The position numbers were made by a program, and so were the translations under genes. Positions 10,913-20,757 of a stretch of 64,000 bases of DNA are shown one piece after another. The notes beneath the pieces are model-generated. The model was not told where the DNA came from. It saw only the letters and a list, made by a program, of their open reading frames with translations, and did no database searches. Origin of the DNA: Candidatus Heimdallarchaeota archaeon. GTDB lineage: Archaea > Asgardarchaeota > Heimdallarchaeia > Hodarchaeales > Hodarchaeaceae. How positions within the stretch are numbered: position 1 is the first letter of the stretch; every line of letters begins with the position of its first letter. Location: positions 1,674,050 through 1,738,049 of the forward strand of contig CP070695.1 in the NCBI GenBank assembly GCA_020353515.1, given 5' to 3'.

Positions 10913-11977
10913 TTAATTGGACTTTTCAGCAGCTTGCTTTAGTACTTCTGCGGGATCAGTCTCGAGGTCAAGCGGGGGGCGTGGGAACCAGCATGATACA
11001 TAATGCCCCTTGCTAATTTCTTCTAAAGGTGGTTCCTGGTCAACACATTTCTTTTGCGCATATTTACATCGAGAGGCGAAAAGACATCCTGGAGGTGGAT
11101 TAATCGGACTACCAGGTTCTCCAGGAAGAATTTCACGCTTACGCATACGTGTTGGATCTGGAGTAGGAACAGCAGAGATTAGAGCAGCACTATATGGGTG
11201 CACTGCTCCATGTATGATTTGTTTGATGGAGCCCTTCTCCATGACCTTTCCAAGATACATAATGGCAAGCTTATCACCAATATAGCTTGCTACGGATAAA
11301 TCGTGAGTGATATATAGATAAGCTATGTGAAATTTACGTCGAATATCTTGTAATAATGTCAAGATTTCAGAACGGATTGAGACATCAAGCATTGAAACTG
11401 GTTCGTCAGCCACAATGAATCTTGGATCAACAACGATAGCTCGAGCAATGGCTACGCGTTGACGTTGGCCACCACTAAGTTCATGAGGGTAACGAAAAGT
11501 GAACTCTTCAGCGGGAACAAGTTGAACAGCCTCAAAAGCTTTAACAACGCGATCCTCTTCTTCACTTGGGGAGTCCGCGAGATTATTTAAACGTATAGGT
11601 TCAGCAACAGTATCATAGAGGCTCAATCGGGGATTTAGTGACGAATAAGGATCTTGAAAGATTGTTTGAATCGTTGCTCTAAGCCTACGGAGTTTCCTAC
11701 GACTAATTTCGGAAAGATCCATTCCTTCGATGGTAACAATTCCATTAGTGGGTTTCAGTAAACCAATAAGTAATTTTCCTACGGTAGTTTTACCACAACC
11801 AGATTCTCCTGCAAGGCAGAACATTTCTTCCTTATATATGTTTAGATCTATTCCATCAACAGCTTTAAGCCAAAGTTCTCCTCCTACCATTGAAGAAAAG
11901 AAACCAGTGCTTACTGGAAACCATTTCCTTAGTTCACGACATGAGACTAGTGGTTCACCATTTGTTGCCATTTTCAA
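10913..11977 (-). CDS. oppF: Oligopeptide ABC transporter ATP-binding subunit
   Basis: GESGCGKT, FQDPYSSLNPR, LSGGQRQR, DEP, C-terminal oligo_HPY Cys motif. Confidence 0.95.
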   Translation of the reverse strand: MKMATNGEPLVSCRELRKWFPVSTGFFSSMVGGELWLKAVDGIDLNIYKEEMFCLAGESGCGKTTVGKLLIGLLKPTNGIVTIEGMDLSEISRRKLRRLRATIQTIFQDPYSSLNPRLSLYDTVAEPIRLNNLADSPSEEEDRVVKAFEAVQLVPAEEFTFRYPHELSGGQRQRVAIARAIVVDPRFIVADEPVSMLDVSIRSEILTLLQDIRRKFHIAYLYITHDLSVASYIGDKLAIMYLGKVMEKGSIKQIIHGAVHPYSAALISAVPTPDPTRMRKREILPGEPGSPINPPPGCLFASRCKYAQKKCVDQEPPLEEISKGHYVSCWFPRPPLDLETDPAEVLKQAAEKSN

Positions 11978-12975
11978 ACCTTCCTGCTGTAACTTTCACT
12001 TTGTATTCTTCCTGAAGCGAGATGACATGCCACTCGGTGACCCGACTTTAACTCCTCTATTGGAGGATCATCAGTCCGACAAATTTCCTGAGTATATTCA
12101 CATCTTGGATGGAAACGGCATCCAAGAGGAGGTTTTAGTAGATTTGGTGGCTGACCAGGAATCGATGCTAATGTTTGATTATGAGATTTTTCAATTGAGG
12201 GAATTGAGGCAATCAATCCTTGGGAATATGGATGCAATGGATTTGTAAATATCTCTATTACTGTTCCTGACTCGACAATTTTTCCTGCGTACATAATAAT
12301 GACCTTCTTACAGGTTTCAGCAACAACAGAGAGATCGTGAGTGATAAGTAGGAGTGTAATATTTAATTCCTTAGTAAGTAATTGTAGAAGCTCCATGATT
12401 TGAGCCTGTACTGTGACATCCAGTGCTGTAGTTGGTTCATCAGCGATAACGAATTCTGGATTACAAGCCAATGCCATTACAATCATAGATCGTTGTTTCA
12501 TTCCCCCGCTGAATTCGAAAGGGTAGTGTTCTACTCGACCAGGGTCTAAGCCTACCATTTTGAATAGTTCACGAGCTCTTGCCAAAGCTTCTTTTTTTGT
12601 TGCATTTGGATCATGTAGCATAATCGCTTCAGTTATTTGATCCTTAATCTTTATGATAGGATTAAGGGCATTCATCGCACCTTGAAAGATCATAGACATT
12701 TTCTTCCAGCGGAATTCACGCATTTCCTCTTCATGATATTCTGCAACATCTTCACCATTAAAATAAATGCTGCCTTTGACAATTTGACCAGGGAAAGGTA
12801 GCATACGGAGAAGAGCGAAAGCAACAGTGCTTTTACCACATCCTGATTCACCTACAAGGCCAACTGAGTCACCTTTTTCGATATCAAAGGAGACCTCTTC
12901 AACTGCTCTACAGTCTCCGCGTCTCATGCAATAATATACAGAAAGATCCTTAACTTTTAATGACAAAATTCTCAC
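11974..12975 (-). CDS. oppD: Oligopeptide ABC transporter ATP-binding subunit
   Basis: GESGCGKS, FQGAMNALNP, FSGGMKQR, DEPTTALDV, HPY...CRFHPRC. Confidence 0.95.
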   Translation of the reverse strand: MRILSLKVKDLSVYYCMRRGDCRAVEEVSFDIEKGDSVGLVGESGCGKSTVAFALLRMLPFPGQIVKGSIYFNGEDVAEYHEEEMREFRWKKMSMIFQGAMNALNPIIKIKDQITEAIMLHDPNATKKEALARARELFKMVGLDPGRVEHYPFEFSGGMKQRSMIVMALACNPEFVIADEPTTALDVTVQAQIMELLQLLTKELNITLLLITHDLSVVAETCKKVIIMYAGKIVESGTVIEIFTNPLHPYSQGLIASIPSIEKSHNQTLASIPGQPPNLLKPPLGCRFHPRCEYTQEICRTDDPPIEELKSGHRVACHLASGRIQSESYSRKV

Positions 12976-15189
12976 CTATAATCTTCGTTGTCGGGGATTC
13001 ATAGCATTGTCAACAGCGTATCCAATAAATACAAAACCCATTGATAACAACGCAATGCAGAAACCAGGTGGTAAGATGAACCACCAAGCATTATTGATAA
13101 ATCCACCAGCATTATATCCTGCTTGAAGCATACGTCCCCAAGAAACTAGATTTTGTGGAGTAAGTGCAAGGAAACTCAACCCAGCTTCCGAAATAATGGA
13201 AGATGAAACACCTGTGGCGAGCTGGACAAAAACTAATGTTAATACATTAGGTAGTACATGTTTAAAAATGAGATAAACATCTCCAGCACCAGCAGCCTTA
13301 GCTGCTTCAACGTATGCCTTTTCTTTCTCAACTAGAACCTGTGACCGTATAACTCGAGAGGGCCCAGGCCAAGCGAAGAGTGCGATGATGAAAGTTGTAA
13401 TTTCTAAGCTTGGTGTAAAGAGCGCAGCTAGGATCATCATAATAGGTAACCCTGGCATAATCAAAAAGAAGTCGACGATACGCATAAGGATCTCATCAAT
13501 CGAACCACCAAAATATCCTGCCATCAATCCTACAATTAGACCTACAAAGATACCAAAAAAGGTTGCCACGAGCCCAATGAACAATGAAATCTGTGCTCCC
13601 CATAAAAGTTGGGCCATAACATCTTGACCCATATCAGATGTTCCAAGCCAGCCATAAAAATTTGAGTAAACGTGGATTTGTAGATTATCAAACCAGAATT
13701 CTGCTTTAACTGTTTCACTTCGATTTCCCAATGGATTAAACGGATTGGTAAATGGATTCGAGAATTCTAGTCCAACTTCTACATTTACCTCTGAATGTTG
13801 GGCAAAAACGAAATAGTATGAAAGAAATGACATATTACGGGTATATCTTGTCCATTCTTCAGCAAAATGGGGTTTAAGTTCAATTCGTGAGAGATAATCA
13901 GGGTAAGGAGAATTTTCTGGTGTATGGAACCTCACATAGGGCATTAGTTTGTGTCTATCAAGGGTACCATTTACACGGGATTTATAATTAAAAGAAACTG
14001 TCACCCATATTGGATGGGTATAATTATAATTGAAGCTTTGAAGTGCTGCTATACTAGTCCTAAAATAAGTATCAGTACTATTATCTATGAGAGTCAGTTT
14101 GAGAGATCTTGAACCATCAGTGAAATCAGTCGTATCAAATTCATAGAATCCATGTTCTTCGTCGGGTAATCCTGTTAGGGGATCTGTAACGCTGAAATTC
14201 CAAGCTGAATCATCCTCAAAGGAATAATCTGGGAGATAATTTTTGTAGGGTGGAGAATCTGGATCAGTAAATTGTGTCCATGCAGGAGCAGCATAATCAG
14301 GGCCAACACGTGCCAATTGACCTGGGTATTTAGGATAAACGATTGGAGCGACCAATGCCATGACAAGGAAAAGTAGTACCAAAATCAATCCGACGATTCC
14401 ATGTTTCACCTCATAATACTGTTTCCAAACCCCTAATGAACGATCTTTAAAACTTTTTCGATGAACAAAACTTGTAGGCCATTCCAATCTCCGTATTATA
14501 TCTACAGTAGATTTGATGGTGGAAGCAAGTCCTCCAATGATAGCTAAAATCGCTAGGATGCCGAGAAATAATTGAAAAGCTAATTCTAACACATCTGTTG
14601 TAGCTTCACCAAAGATAGTAATTCCAATATCTATTAGAATTAATCCAAAGTTCTCTAGTATAATTACAAGTAGAAGCCAACCAATTATATAAAGAGAAAC
14701 CACAATGGAGCCCTCAAAAGCCTCACTCCATTTTAATTTGTTTACTGTATCAACGGCAGACTTGATAGTAGAAGTTGTTACTCCAATAAGTATTAAGAGG
14801 GCAGCAATTAATAATAATATGTCTTTATAGAAACCGATAACATCAGCAATAACCCCCAAAATAGTTGATACTATTACCCATCCACAAATATAGATCGTGG
14901 CAATTATAGAGGCTTTAAAAGCTTCAGGCCATTCTATTGAGCGTGCTGTCGCTACAGCGACCTTTATGGTCGAAGCAAGCCCTCCAATTGTAAATATGAC
15001 TATTCCAACAATGAAAAATACCATGAATGGAATCGAGCTATTTGGATCGTCCAGGACAGATAATCCACCACCCAATATAATACCAATAGCAATCATGATA
15101 CCTCCGATAATTCCCCATCCGCATAAAAAAATAAAAGCAGTAATAGCAGCCCTAAAAGCTGTAGGCCATTCTAATTTTGATACTGACAT
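12976..15189 (-). CDS. oppC: Oligopeptide ABC permease OppC with N-terminal membrane repeats and an inserted extracellular beta-sandwich
   Basis: WLGTSDMGQDV, YVEAAKAAGA (EAA motif), HVLPN, SWGRML, AWWFILPPG. N-terminal 240 aa are repetitive. Confidence 0.92.
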   Translation of the reverse strand: MSVSKLEWPTAFRAAITAFIFLCGWGIIGGIMIAIGIILGGGLSVLDDPNSSIPFMVFFIVGIVIFTIGGLASTIKVAVATARSIEWPEAFKASIIATIYICGWVIVSTILGVIADVIGFYKDILLLIAALLILIGVTTSTIKSAVDTVNKLKWSEAFEGSIVVSLYIIGWLLLVIILENFGLILIDIGITIFGEATTDVLELAFQLFLGILAILAIIGGLASTIKSTVDIIRRLEWPTSFVHRKSFKDRSLGVWKQYYEVKHGIVGLILVLLFLVMALVAPIVYPKYPGQLARVGPDYAAPAWTQFTDPDSPPYKNYLPDYSFEDDSAWNFSVTDPLTGLPDEEHGFYEFDTTDFTDGSRSLKLTLIDNSTDTYFRTSIAALQSFNYNYTHPIWVTVSFNYKSRVNGTLDRHKLMPYVRFHTPENSPYPDYLSRIELKPHFAEEWTRYTRNMSFLSYYFVFAQHSEVNVEVGLEFSNPFTNPFNPLGNRSETVKAEFWFDNLQIHVYSNFYGWLGTSDMGQDVMAQLLWGAQISLFIGLVATFFGIFVGLIVGLMAGYFGGSIDEILMRIVDFFLIMPGLPIMMILAALFTPSLEITTFIIALFAWPGPSRVIRSQVLVEKEKAYVEAAKAAGAGDVYLIFKHVLPNVLTLVFVQLATGVSSSIISEAGLSFLALTPQNLVSWGRMLQAGYNAGGFINNAWWFILPPGFCIALLSMGFVFIGYAVDNAMNPRQRRL

Positions 15190-15608
15190 ATATAAGCACC
15201 CTAGAGTATGAAAAGTTCTTTATCCTAAGCAGCTACTTTAAACAAATCAATTGTTGCTGTAGGTGTTGTTGCGTTCTATTAGTTAACTTTATTAATATGT
15301 CGATTACTGAAGGATTTAATGATAGATTTTTCCGTTCTATCAACTGCTCATCTTTGTTAACAAGACTAGTGTGTAACAAAAAATCAGATGGAAATGACCT
15401 TAAGATCCTCATAAACAAGAGATTAGGATCTCTTGGGTATTAAGAATCAAACCTTAAAAAAGCACAAGTATAAGGGATGGATCATAAATTTTCATGCTTC
15501 AACAGATTTATTAATGCGCTATTGAACAGAGATAGGTAGACCCATATCATGAAGTAGTAGGTTGTTGATAACTGTTCATAAGAAAAAGTGGGTCATTAGG
15601 TTTGCGAA

Positions 15609-16103
15609 ATGAGGAAGCTTGTTCTAGGAACTTGGATTATTATAGTTATAATATCATCTGGATTATTGATTTCCTCAATGATATATGAAATGGATGAGTA
15701 TCAAGGAATCGTACATTTTGAATTTTATATTGATGAAGTAAATATTTTAACGAATGATCTCGGTGAAATGACCAAAATTCAAATTCTGTCATCTCTTTGG
15801 AATCCTTCACGCATTTCTTCTTTCGAACTAAATATGATAGAAGTAATGGTCTTTCTAAATGGGGAAGAATCAATCTCTATACAGAGAAAATGGTTTTATA
15901 GGACAATTAATCCCAAAGTGAACACATCAATTAAATGGCTACATGATATAGATAACGTGAACCCTTTCATCGACGCTAATGCAACTGGAGATTGGAATTG
16001 GTATTTCTATATACAGATAAATATCGAATCAGAGATGGTTGAAAGTGTAAGACTGCAATTATTCGATAGATCTCAACCATTCCAAGGTGTTGGGTTTATA
16101 TAA
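15609..16103 (+). CDS. Membrane-anchored extracellular beta protein (LEA_2-like, tentative)
   Basis: Single N-terminal TM followed by a beta-rich domain with WNPS motif. Confidence 0.7.
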   Translation: MRKLVLGTWIIIVIISSGLLISSMIYEMDEYQGIVHFEFYIDEVNILTNDLGEMTKIQILSSLWNPSRISSFELNMIEVMVFLNGEESISIQRKWFYRTINPKVNTSIKWLHDIDNVNPFIDANATGDWNWYFYIQINIESEMVESVRLQLFDRSQPFQGVGFI

Positions 16104-16147
16104 GCTTTATCGGATAGAAAGGTTGTTTTTGAGGAAGGAGAACTAAG

Positions 16148-16378
16148 TTAGCGCTTTGGTTTTGGAAGAAGTCTCTCGGATAACCACAGGAAGAGCAGAG
16201 ATATTAGTGATAAGGCACTAATCGCAAAACCAAACCACAATAACATTAAACCAATGAAGGGGATGAGAAACCATAGTACGAACAACCCAACTATAGCAAT
16301 GATTATTCCAATAAGGGTGAACCGTATTAGAGTTGATCGTGTGGTGATAAGTGCTCGAAGCTCAAATTCTCCGCTCAA
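16148..16378 (-). CDS. Small 2-TM membrane protein
   Basis: GGTGAG SD 6 nt before TTG at 16378 (MSGEFELRALITT...). Two hydrophobic segments and a basic tail. Confidence 0.65.
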   Translation of the reverse strand: MSGEFELRALITTRSTLIRFTLIGIIIAIVGLFVLWFLIPFIGLMLLWFGFAISALSLISLLFLWLSERLLPKPKR

Positions 16379-16487
16379 AATAATCTCACCCAAGGGTGAA
16401 TTTACATATAACAACAGCTTTATTAATACATTGTTGAAATCGTGTTATCAAAACTTGTTTCCATTAGTCTTAAGTGAAGGTGGTATA

Positions 16488-17486
16488 ATGGGCTTACGTC
16501 TGTACTTGGTTAAACGCTTACTTGTTGCTGTTGTTTTATTTGTAACTGTCTTAATCTTTAACTTCTTCCTCTTCCGTCTTCCCATTTTTGTCCTTGGAAT
16601 GGATCCAATGTCTTTATATACCACTCCTGACATGGAAGCCGAGACTGTCGCAAGATTAAGAGAGATTTACGGAATTCCTTCTAGAGACGCTGGTTTTTGG
16701 GCGTGGTTTGACCATTTCATACTTTATGTAAAAAACATGCTTACTCTTGAATTTGGCCAAAGCTTTGTTTCCTTTAATCCTGTCATTAATGATATCATGT
16801 CACGAATGCCAAACACAATCATGCTTATGGGAGTATCTACAGTTTTAATGATTGTTGTTGGAGTTATCACTGGTATAATAGCCGCTAGCCGATATGGGAG
16901 CAAAATTGATACAGGTCTTATAACGATAGGGCTTTCACTGTATAGTTTTCCAATATTCTTCATAGGCATGTTATTACTCTTAGTTTTTGGTTTCTATATT
17001 CCTCTTTTTCCTATAGGTCATTCAATCAGTTGGCCTTTACCGCCAGATCCAATCAGCTATGCCATAGATTATGGTTGGCATATGTTTTTACCCACTGTAA
17101 CGCTCACTCTAGGATTTTTCGGTGGATACATGTTACTCATGCGTAATACTCTAGTTGAAGTCTTAGTAGAAGATTATATTCTTACTGCAAGAGCGAAGGG
17201 GCTTCAAGAACGGACAGTGATATTTAAACACGGCTTACGTAATGCTTTCTTACCTCTTATTACAGTAATAGCAATAAGTTTTGCATTCATTGTTAGTGGA
17301 GCGGTTTTGACAGAAACTGTCTTTGCTTGGTTTGGGATGGGTCGTCTTCTTTACCAATCTCTCTTAAGCTATGACTGGCCAGTTTCTCAAGCTATCTTCT
17401 GGATGATTGCAGTAAGTGTTATTTCTGCAAATATCATTGCTGACCTTTTATATGGAGTTTTGGATCCACGTATAAAATACGGTTGA
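16488..17486 (+). CDS. oppB: Oligopeptide ABC permease OppB
   Basis: Start re-called to MGLRLYLVKRLL (GAAGGTGGT SD). FGQSF, EDYILTARAKGL, ETVFAWFGMG, DPRI motifs. Confidence 0.95.
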   Translation: MGLRLYLVKRLLVAVVLFVTVLIFNFFLFRLPIFVLGMDPMSLYTTPDMEAETVARLREIYGIPSRDAGFWAWFDHFILYVKNMLTLEFGQSFVSFNPVINDIMSRMPNTIMLMGVSTVLMIVVGVITGIIAASRYGSKIDTGLITIGLSLYSFPIFFIGMLLLLVFGFYIPLFPIGHSISWPLPPDPISYAIDYGWHMFLPTVTLTLGFFGGYMLLMRNTLVEVLVEDYILTARAKGLQERTVIFKHGLRNAFLPLITVIAISFAFIVSGAVLTETVFAWFGMGRLLYQSLLSYDWPVSQAIFWMIAVSVISANIIADLLYGVLDPRIKYG

Positions 17487-17524
17487 AATATTGAAAATTT
17501 AATCACTAACCATGTGGGATCTCG

Positions 17525-17947
17525 GTGAGAAGTATTGATTCCGAAAGAAAGAAACAGATAGCCACAATCATAATTTCATCTATTGGATCAAGTATATTGG
17601 CTAGTACAATTTTTCATCTTTTGTATACTCAACTCATCTCAATGACTGTTTTAATAGCAGGAATTTACTTAATCATTCCAGCAGTTTTTATCGGTATAAT
17701 TAACGTAGACATCAAAGAATCGATGATCGCGATGGTTCTATCAGCAGTGGGCACCATTTTCCTGACTGCATTTACTCGTTCAATACCTGCTTTTATGGGA
17801 ATCTTAGCTCAAGGTGATTTATTCATTTTTCAACAAATCGCCGAAACAGTCCCTCTACTCTTTCTTATGCTACCTATAATGATGGTTGGCACAATAATTG
17901 GAGTCGTTATAAACGAATTCGTCTTAACACAATATGAATCCGCTTAA
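17525..17947 (+). CDS. Small multi-TM membrane protein in opp locus
   Basis: 140 aa, ~4 hydrophobic segments. Confidence 0.75.
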   Translation: MRSIDSERKKQIATIIISSIGSSILASTIFHLLYTQLISMTVLIAGIYLIIPAVFIGIINVDIKESMIAMVLSAVGTIFLTAFTRSIPAFMGILAQGDLFIFQQIAETVPLLFLMLPIMMVGTIIGVVINEFVLTQYESA

Positions 17948-18013
17948 AATTCAAAAGAGTGTTTCACTATTAAATAAGCAAGTGAAAGAAAATCAGCGCT
18001 TGTAAGTTGGGGT

Positions 18014-18325
18014 TTGAAAATTTCAGATATGCAAGTTGATGAAGTTATTTACCGCCGCTGGGTAATTATAATACCAATTTTAATGATTATTATTGGAATT
18101 ATATTATTCCATTATGTAGGATCTGTTAATAAAGCGATTGGTCTGGTAGGTGGCTTAATAACTTTGATTGGGGTTTTAACTCTTGGAGCTCTTTTTTCTA
18201 TGATGTTAGGAATTGAACTGGGATCACGAGCGTTAGAAAAACAGGTTCAGGACAACCCCTCGTTCCGTGAGAGAATTGAAGCCTCTAAGCAATCTAGTGA
18301 AGAAGACCGAAATACCGAAAAATAA
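18014..18325 (+). CDS. Small 2-TM membrane protein
   Basis: 103 aa, two TM segments, charged tail. Confidence 0.7.
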   Translation: MKISDMQVDEVIYRRWVIIIPILMIIIGIILFHYVGSVNKAIGLVGGLITLIGVLTLGALFSMMLGIELGSRALEKQVQDNPSFRERIEASKQSSEEDRNTEK

Positions 18326-18554
18326 TCAGTATTTGATCATTTTACTCCCCCTATTTTTGAGAGCTAATCAATCTTGAATTTACACAGGAGTATATTTCTA
18401 CAAAAGTTTTGGTGTCAATTTTCACCTAGCACTAAATTATTTTTAGGATCATAGAGAATTTCTCTTAATCCTGAGGTCAGTTGATTGAAATGATAAAAAA
18501 ACAACCAATTCATTCCTCTTTGTTTTCTTGACAGAGTACTTCATCAATCGTAGC

Positions 18555-18632
18555 TTATAAAAACTACCTTTTATAGAAAGCAATGAATGAGATATGGATT
18601 CAGCAATGCGATTAGATTGCTAATTTGCTGAA
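18555..18632 (+). promoter_or_regulatory. Putative oppA promoter (TATA-like boxes in an inverted repeat) and 5' stem-loop
   Basis: TTATAAAA...TTTTATAG imperfect IR, followed ~25 nt later by the TTCAGCAA(18599)...TTGCTGAA(18632) hairpin. Confidence 0.45.
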
Positions 18633-18677
18633 AATATACTCATTACAGATACAAAATAGAAATAGGAAGATCTTCAA

Positions 18678-20612
18678 ATGAAAAAATCAAAACTACTAAG
18701 TTTAGTAGGTGCAATTGCTCTTCTGACGATTATCTCTGTCAGTAATGTCGGAGCAGTGACATCTCAAATCAAAACCACAGATAAATGGGCCACTGACTGG
18801 CGTCCTTATGGAACCTATGCAGATGAACTGTTATTTGTGGTTTTCACAGAAGGCGAGACCGCCCTAAAAATGTTAGCACTACAGAGCGGTGAAATCGTCG
18901 TAGACGATGAACGAATTCAATCAGATTACCTCGCTGCTCTTGTTCGAGATCCTAATATTGAGGTTACTTTTGCCCCAGGTTTAAGATATCGAGTAATTAC
19001 CTTAAACTGTGAGAAATTCCCCACTAACATCACAGGATACCGACGAGCGGTAGCTTTTGCTTATGACAAGTATAGAGCAAACATGGAAGCTATCGGAGGC
19101 GTTGGTTTACAATTAGACAGCTACATGCCATGGACTGCTACAGAATGGGAAGTCGAAAGCCAAATCGGGGGTGAATTCTATGACGCAGATTATGCTGCAG
19201 GTAATAGGTCGCTTGAGAAAGCTGGTTTTAGAGACTTAGATGGCGATGGTTGGCGTGAATACGATAAGAACAATAACAACGTGTGGGATGCAGGTGTGGA
19301 TATAGACGATAACGATCCTCTCCTTGCTATCGAGATGGGCGCCACCTCAGGTTATGATCCAGCTATTATCGCTGTTACAATCGCTGTTGAAGGCCTTGCA
19401 CAGATGGGTATGCGCGCTACAGTCGTTGAAAAGGACTTTGGACTCCTTCTAGACGAGCTCTTACTCGGGCAAGCCTCCTGTGCTTGCTGGACTGAAGGTA
19501 TCCCCAATATCAATACGATCAAACAAATGTACGACCGATTCCACAGAAGCGGAGCAGATTGGGACTATTATCGGTTCACAAACGAAACTATCGAGGAACA
19601 ACTTGAACTTATGGTGAATTCTACGACCACAGAAGATGTCAAGAAATACGGCCTCGAAGCCAGTAAACTGCTACTCTTTGAACAACCTCAGATTGTCGTC
19701 TATAACGACGCTATTGTTGAGGCCCGTCGTAATGACGTATGGGAAGGCTTCTTTGAACAAAAAGGTGCTGGATACTGCAATGGAGATAACCCTTGGGTTG
19801 GTGTTAAAGTCCGCCTACAAACTGGTGAACTGGGTGGAACACTCCGCTATGCATGTTCAGACAATCTCAACACTTTGAATGTCATGATGTTACAAACAGG
19901 TTACGAAGCTTTGGTTTACCAATATATCTGGGAAGGCTTATATAATGTCGAGCCAGAGACATGGGACATCATCCCTGGGTTAGCTTATGACTGGGAAGTT
20001 GAAACCACCACTGCAGACGCTGCTACTGGTATCCAAGACGGTGAGAAGTACACCTTCTACCTGTACGAAAACGAAACCTGGCATGATGGAGAAGACTTCA
20101 CCGCTGAAGACGTCAAGTTCACCTACGAGAACGTATGGAATTGGAGCTTGAACTACAATGTAGAAGCCGATTTTGTCTACAGAATTGATATGCCTGATGG
20201 TGCTGATGGACACGTTGTCGAAATGTATGTTAACCAGACAGGGTATTTCATGTGGGCTGAAGTTGCAGGCGCTACTATTGTCCCAGAGCATATCTGGAGC
20301 TCAGAGGCAGCACAAGAAAATGTTTCAGCATTTGTACCAACATCTGATGAAATGATCGGTACTGGCCCCTATAAGTGGAATCAACGTGTACCTGGTGAAT
20401 ACATCAGTCTCCTCCGCCATGGTGACTGGCGCTGGGATATTCGTGATGTACCTGAACCAGAAGAACCAACCACAGAACCAACAGAACCAACAGAAGCAAC
20501 AAAGACAAAAACAAAGACTAAAACAGATGAACCTGGGCCTGGATTTGAGCTTATTCCAGCATTCGCTGTATTTGTAACTGCTGCACTTTTCATCAGAAAG
20601 AGAAGAAAGTAA
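18678..20612 (+). CDS. oppA: Family-5 peptide-binding protein, circularly permuted, with Thr/Pro linker and PGF-CTERM anchor
   Basis: Signal peptide; ALQSGE, PGLAYDWE, WHDGEDFTAEDVKFTY, GTGPY motifs; C-terminus PEEPTTEPTEPTEAT...PGPGFELIPAFAVFVTAALFIRKRRK. Confidence 0.92.
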   Translation: MKKSKLLSLVGAIALLTIISVSNVGAVTSQIKTTDKWATDWRPYGTYADELLFVVFTEGETALKMLALQSGEIVVDDERIQSDYLAALVRDPNIEVTFAPGLRYRVITLNCEKFPTNITGYRRAVAFAYDKYRANMEAIGGVGLQLDSYMPWTATEWEVESQIGGEFYDADYAAGNRSLEKAGFRDLDGDGWREYDKNNNNVWDAGVDIDDNDPLLAIEMGATSGYDPAIIAVTIAVEGLAQMGMRATVVEKDFGLLLDELLLGQASCACWTEGIPNINTIKQMYDRFHRSGADWDYYRFTNETIEEQLELMVNSTTTEDVKKYGLEASKLLLFEQPQIVVYNDAIVEARRNDVWEGFFEQKGAGYCNGDNPWVGVKVRLQTGELGGTLRYACSDNLNTLNVMMLQTGYEALVYQYIWEGLYNVEPETWDIIPGLAYDWEVETTTADAATGIQDGEKYTFYLYENETWHDGEDFTAEDVKFTYENVWNWSLNYNVEADFVYRIDMPDGADGHVVEMYVNQTGYFMWAEVAGATIVPEHIWSSEAAQENVSAFVPTSDEMIGTGPYKWNQRVPGEYISLLRHGDWRWDIRDVPEPEEPTTEPTEPTEATKTKTKTKTDEPGPGFELIPAFAVFVTAALFIRKRRK

Positions 20613-20633
20613 TCACTTTCCTCTAATTCTCTC

Positions 20634-20644
20634 TTTTTTTTTTT
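20634..20644 (+). terminator. Archaeal oligo(T) terminator after oppA
   Basis: T11 run 21 nt after the stop codon. Confidence 0.65.
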
Positions 20645-20757
20645 ATTCAACTAGGGGAGTCTGGTCTTGTTTTTGGATTTACATTGGTCTTCAATAGTTG
20701 ACCACGTAGCGACATCTAAAAATAATCTCTCCCCACTAGTAGATGGGTGGGTGCTCT

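Noticed and set aside
15177-15443. Overlapping 88-aa (+) and 61-aa (-) ORFs in the oppC promoter gap
   Set aside because: No convincing start signals or protein features.
16254-16487. 78-aa N-terminal extension of OppB
   Set aside because: Overlaps an opposite-strand membrane gene; a good SD precedes ATG 16488.
20450-20530. ACAGAACCA / AAAGAC tandem micro-repeats
   Set aside because: They encode the normal Pro/Thr/Glu linker before PGF-CTERM.
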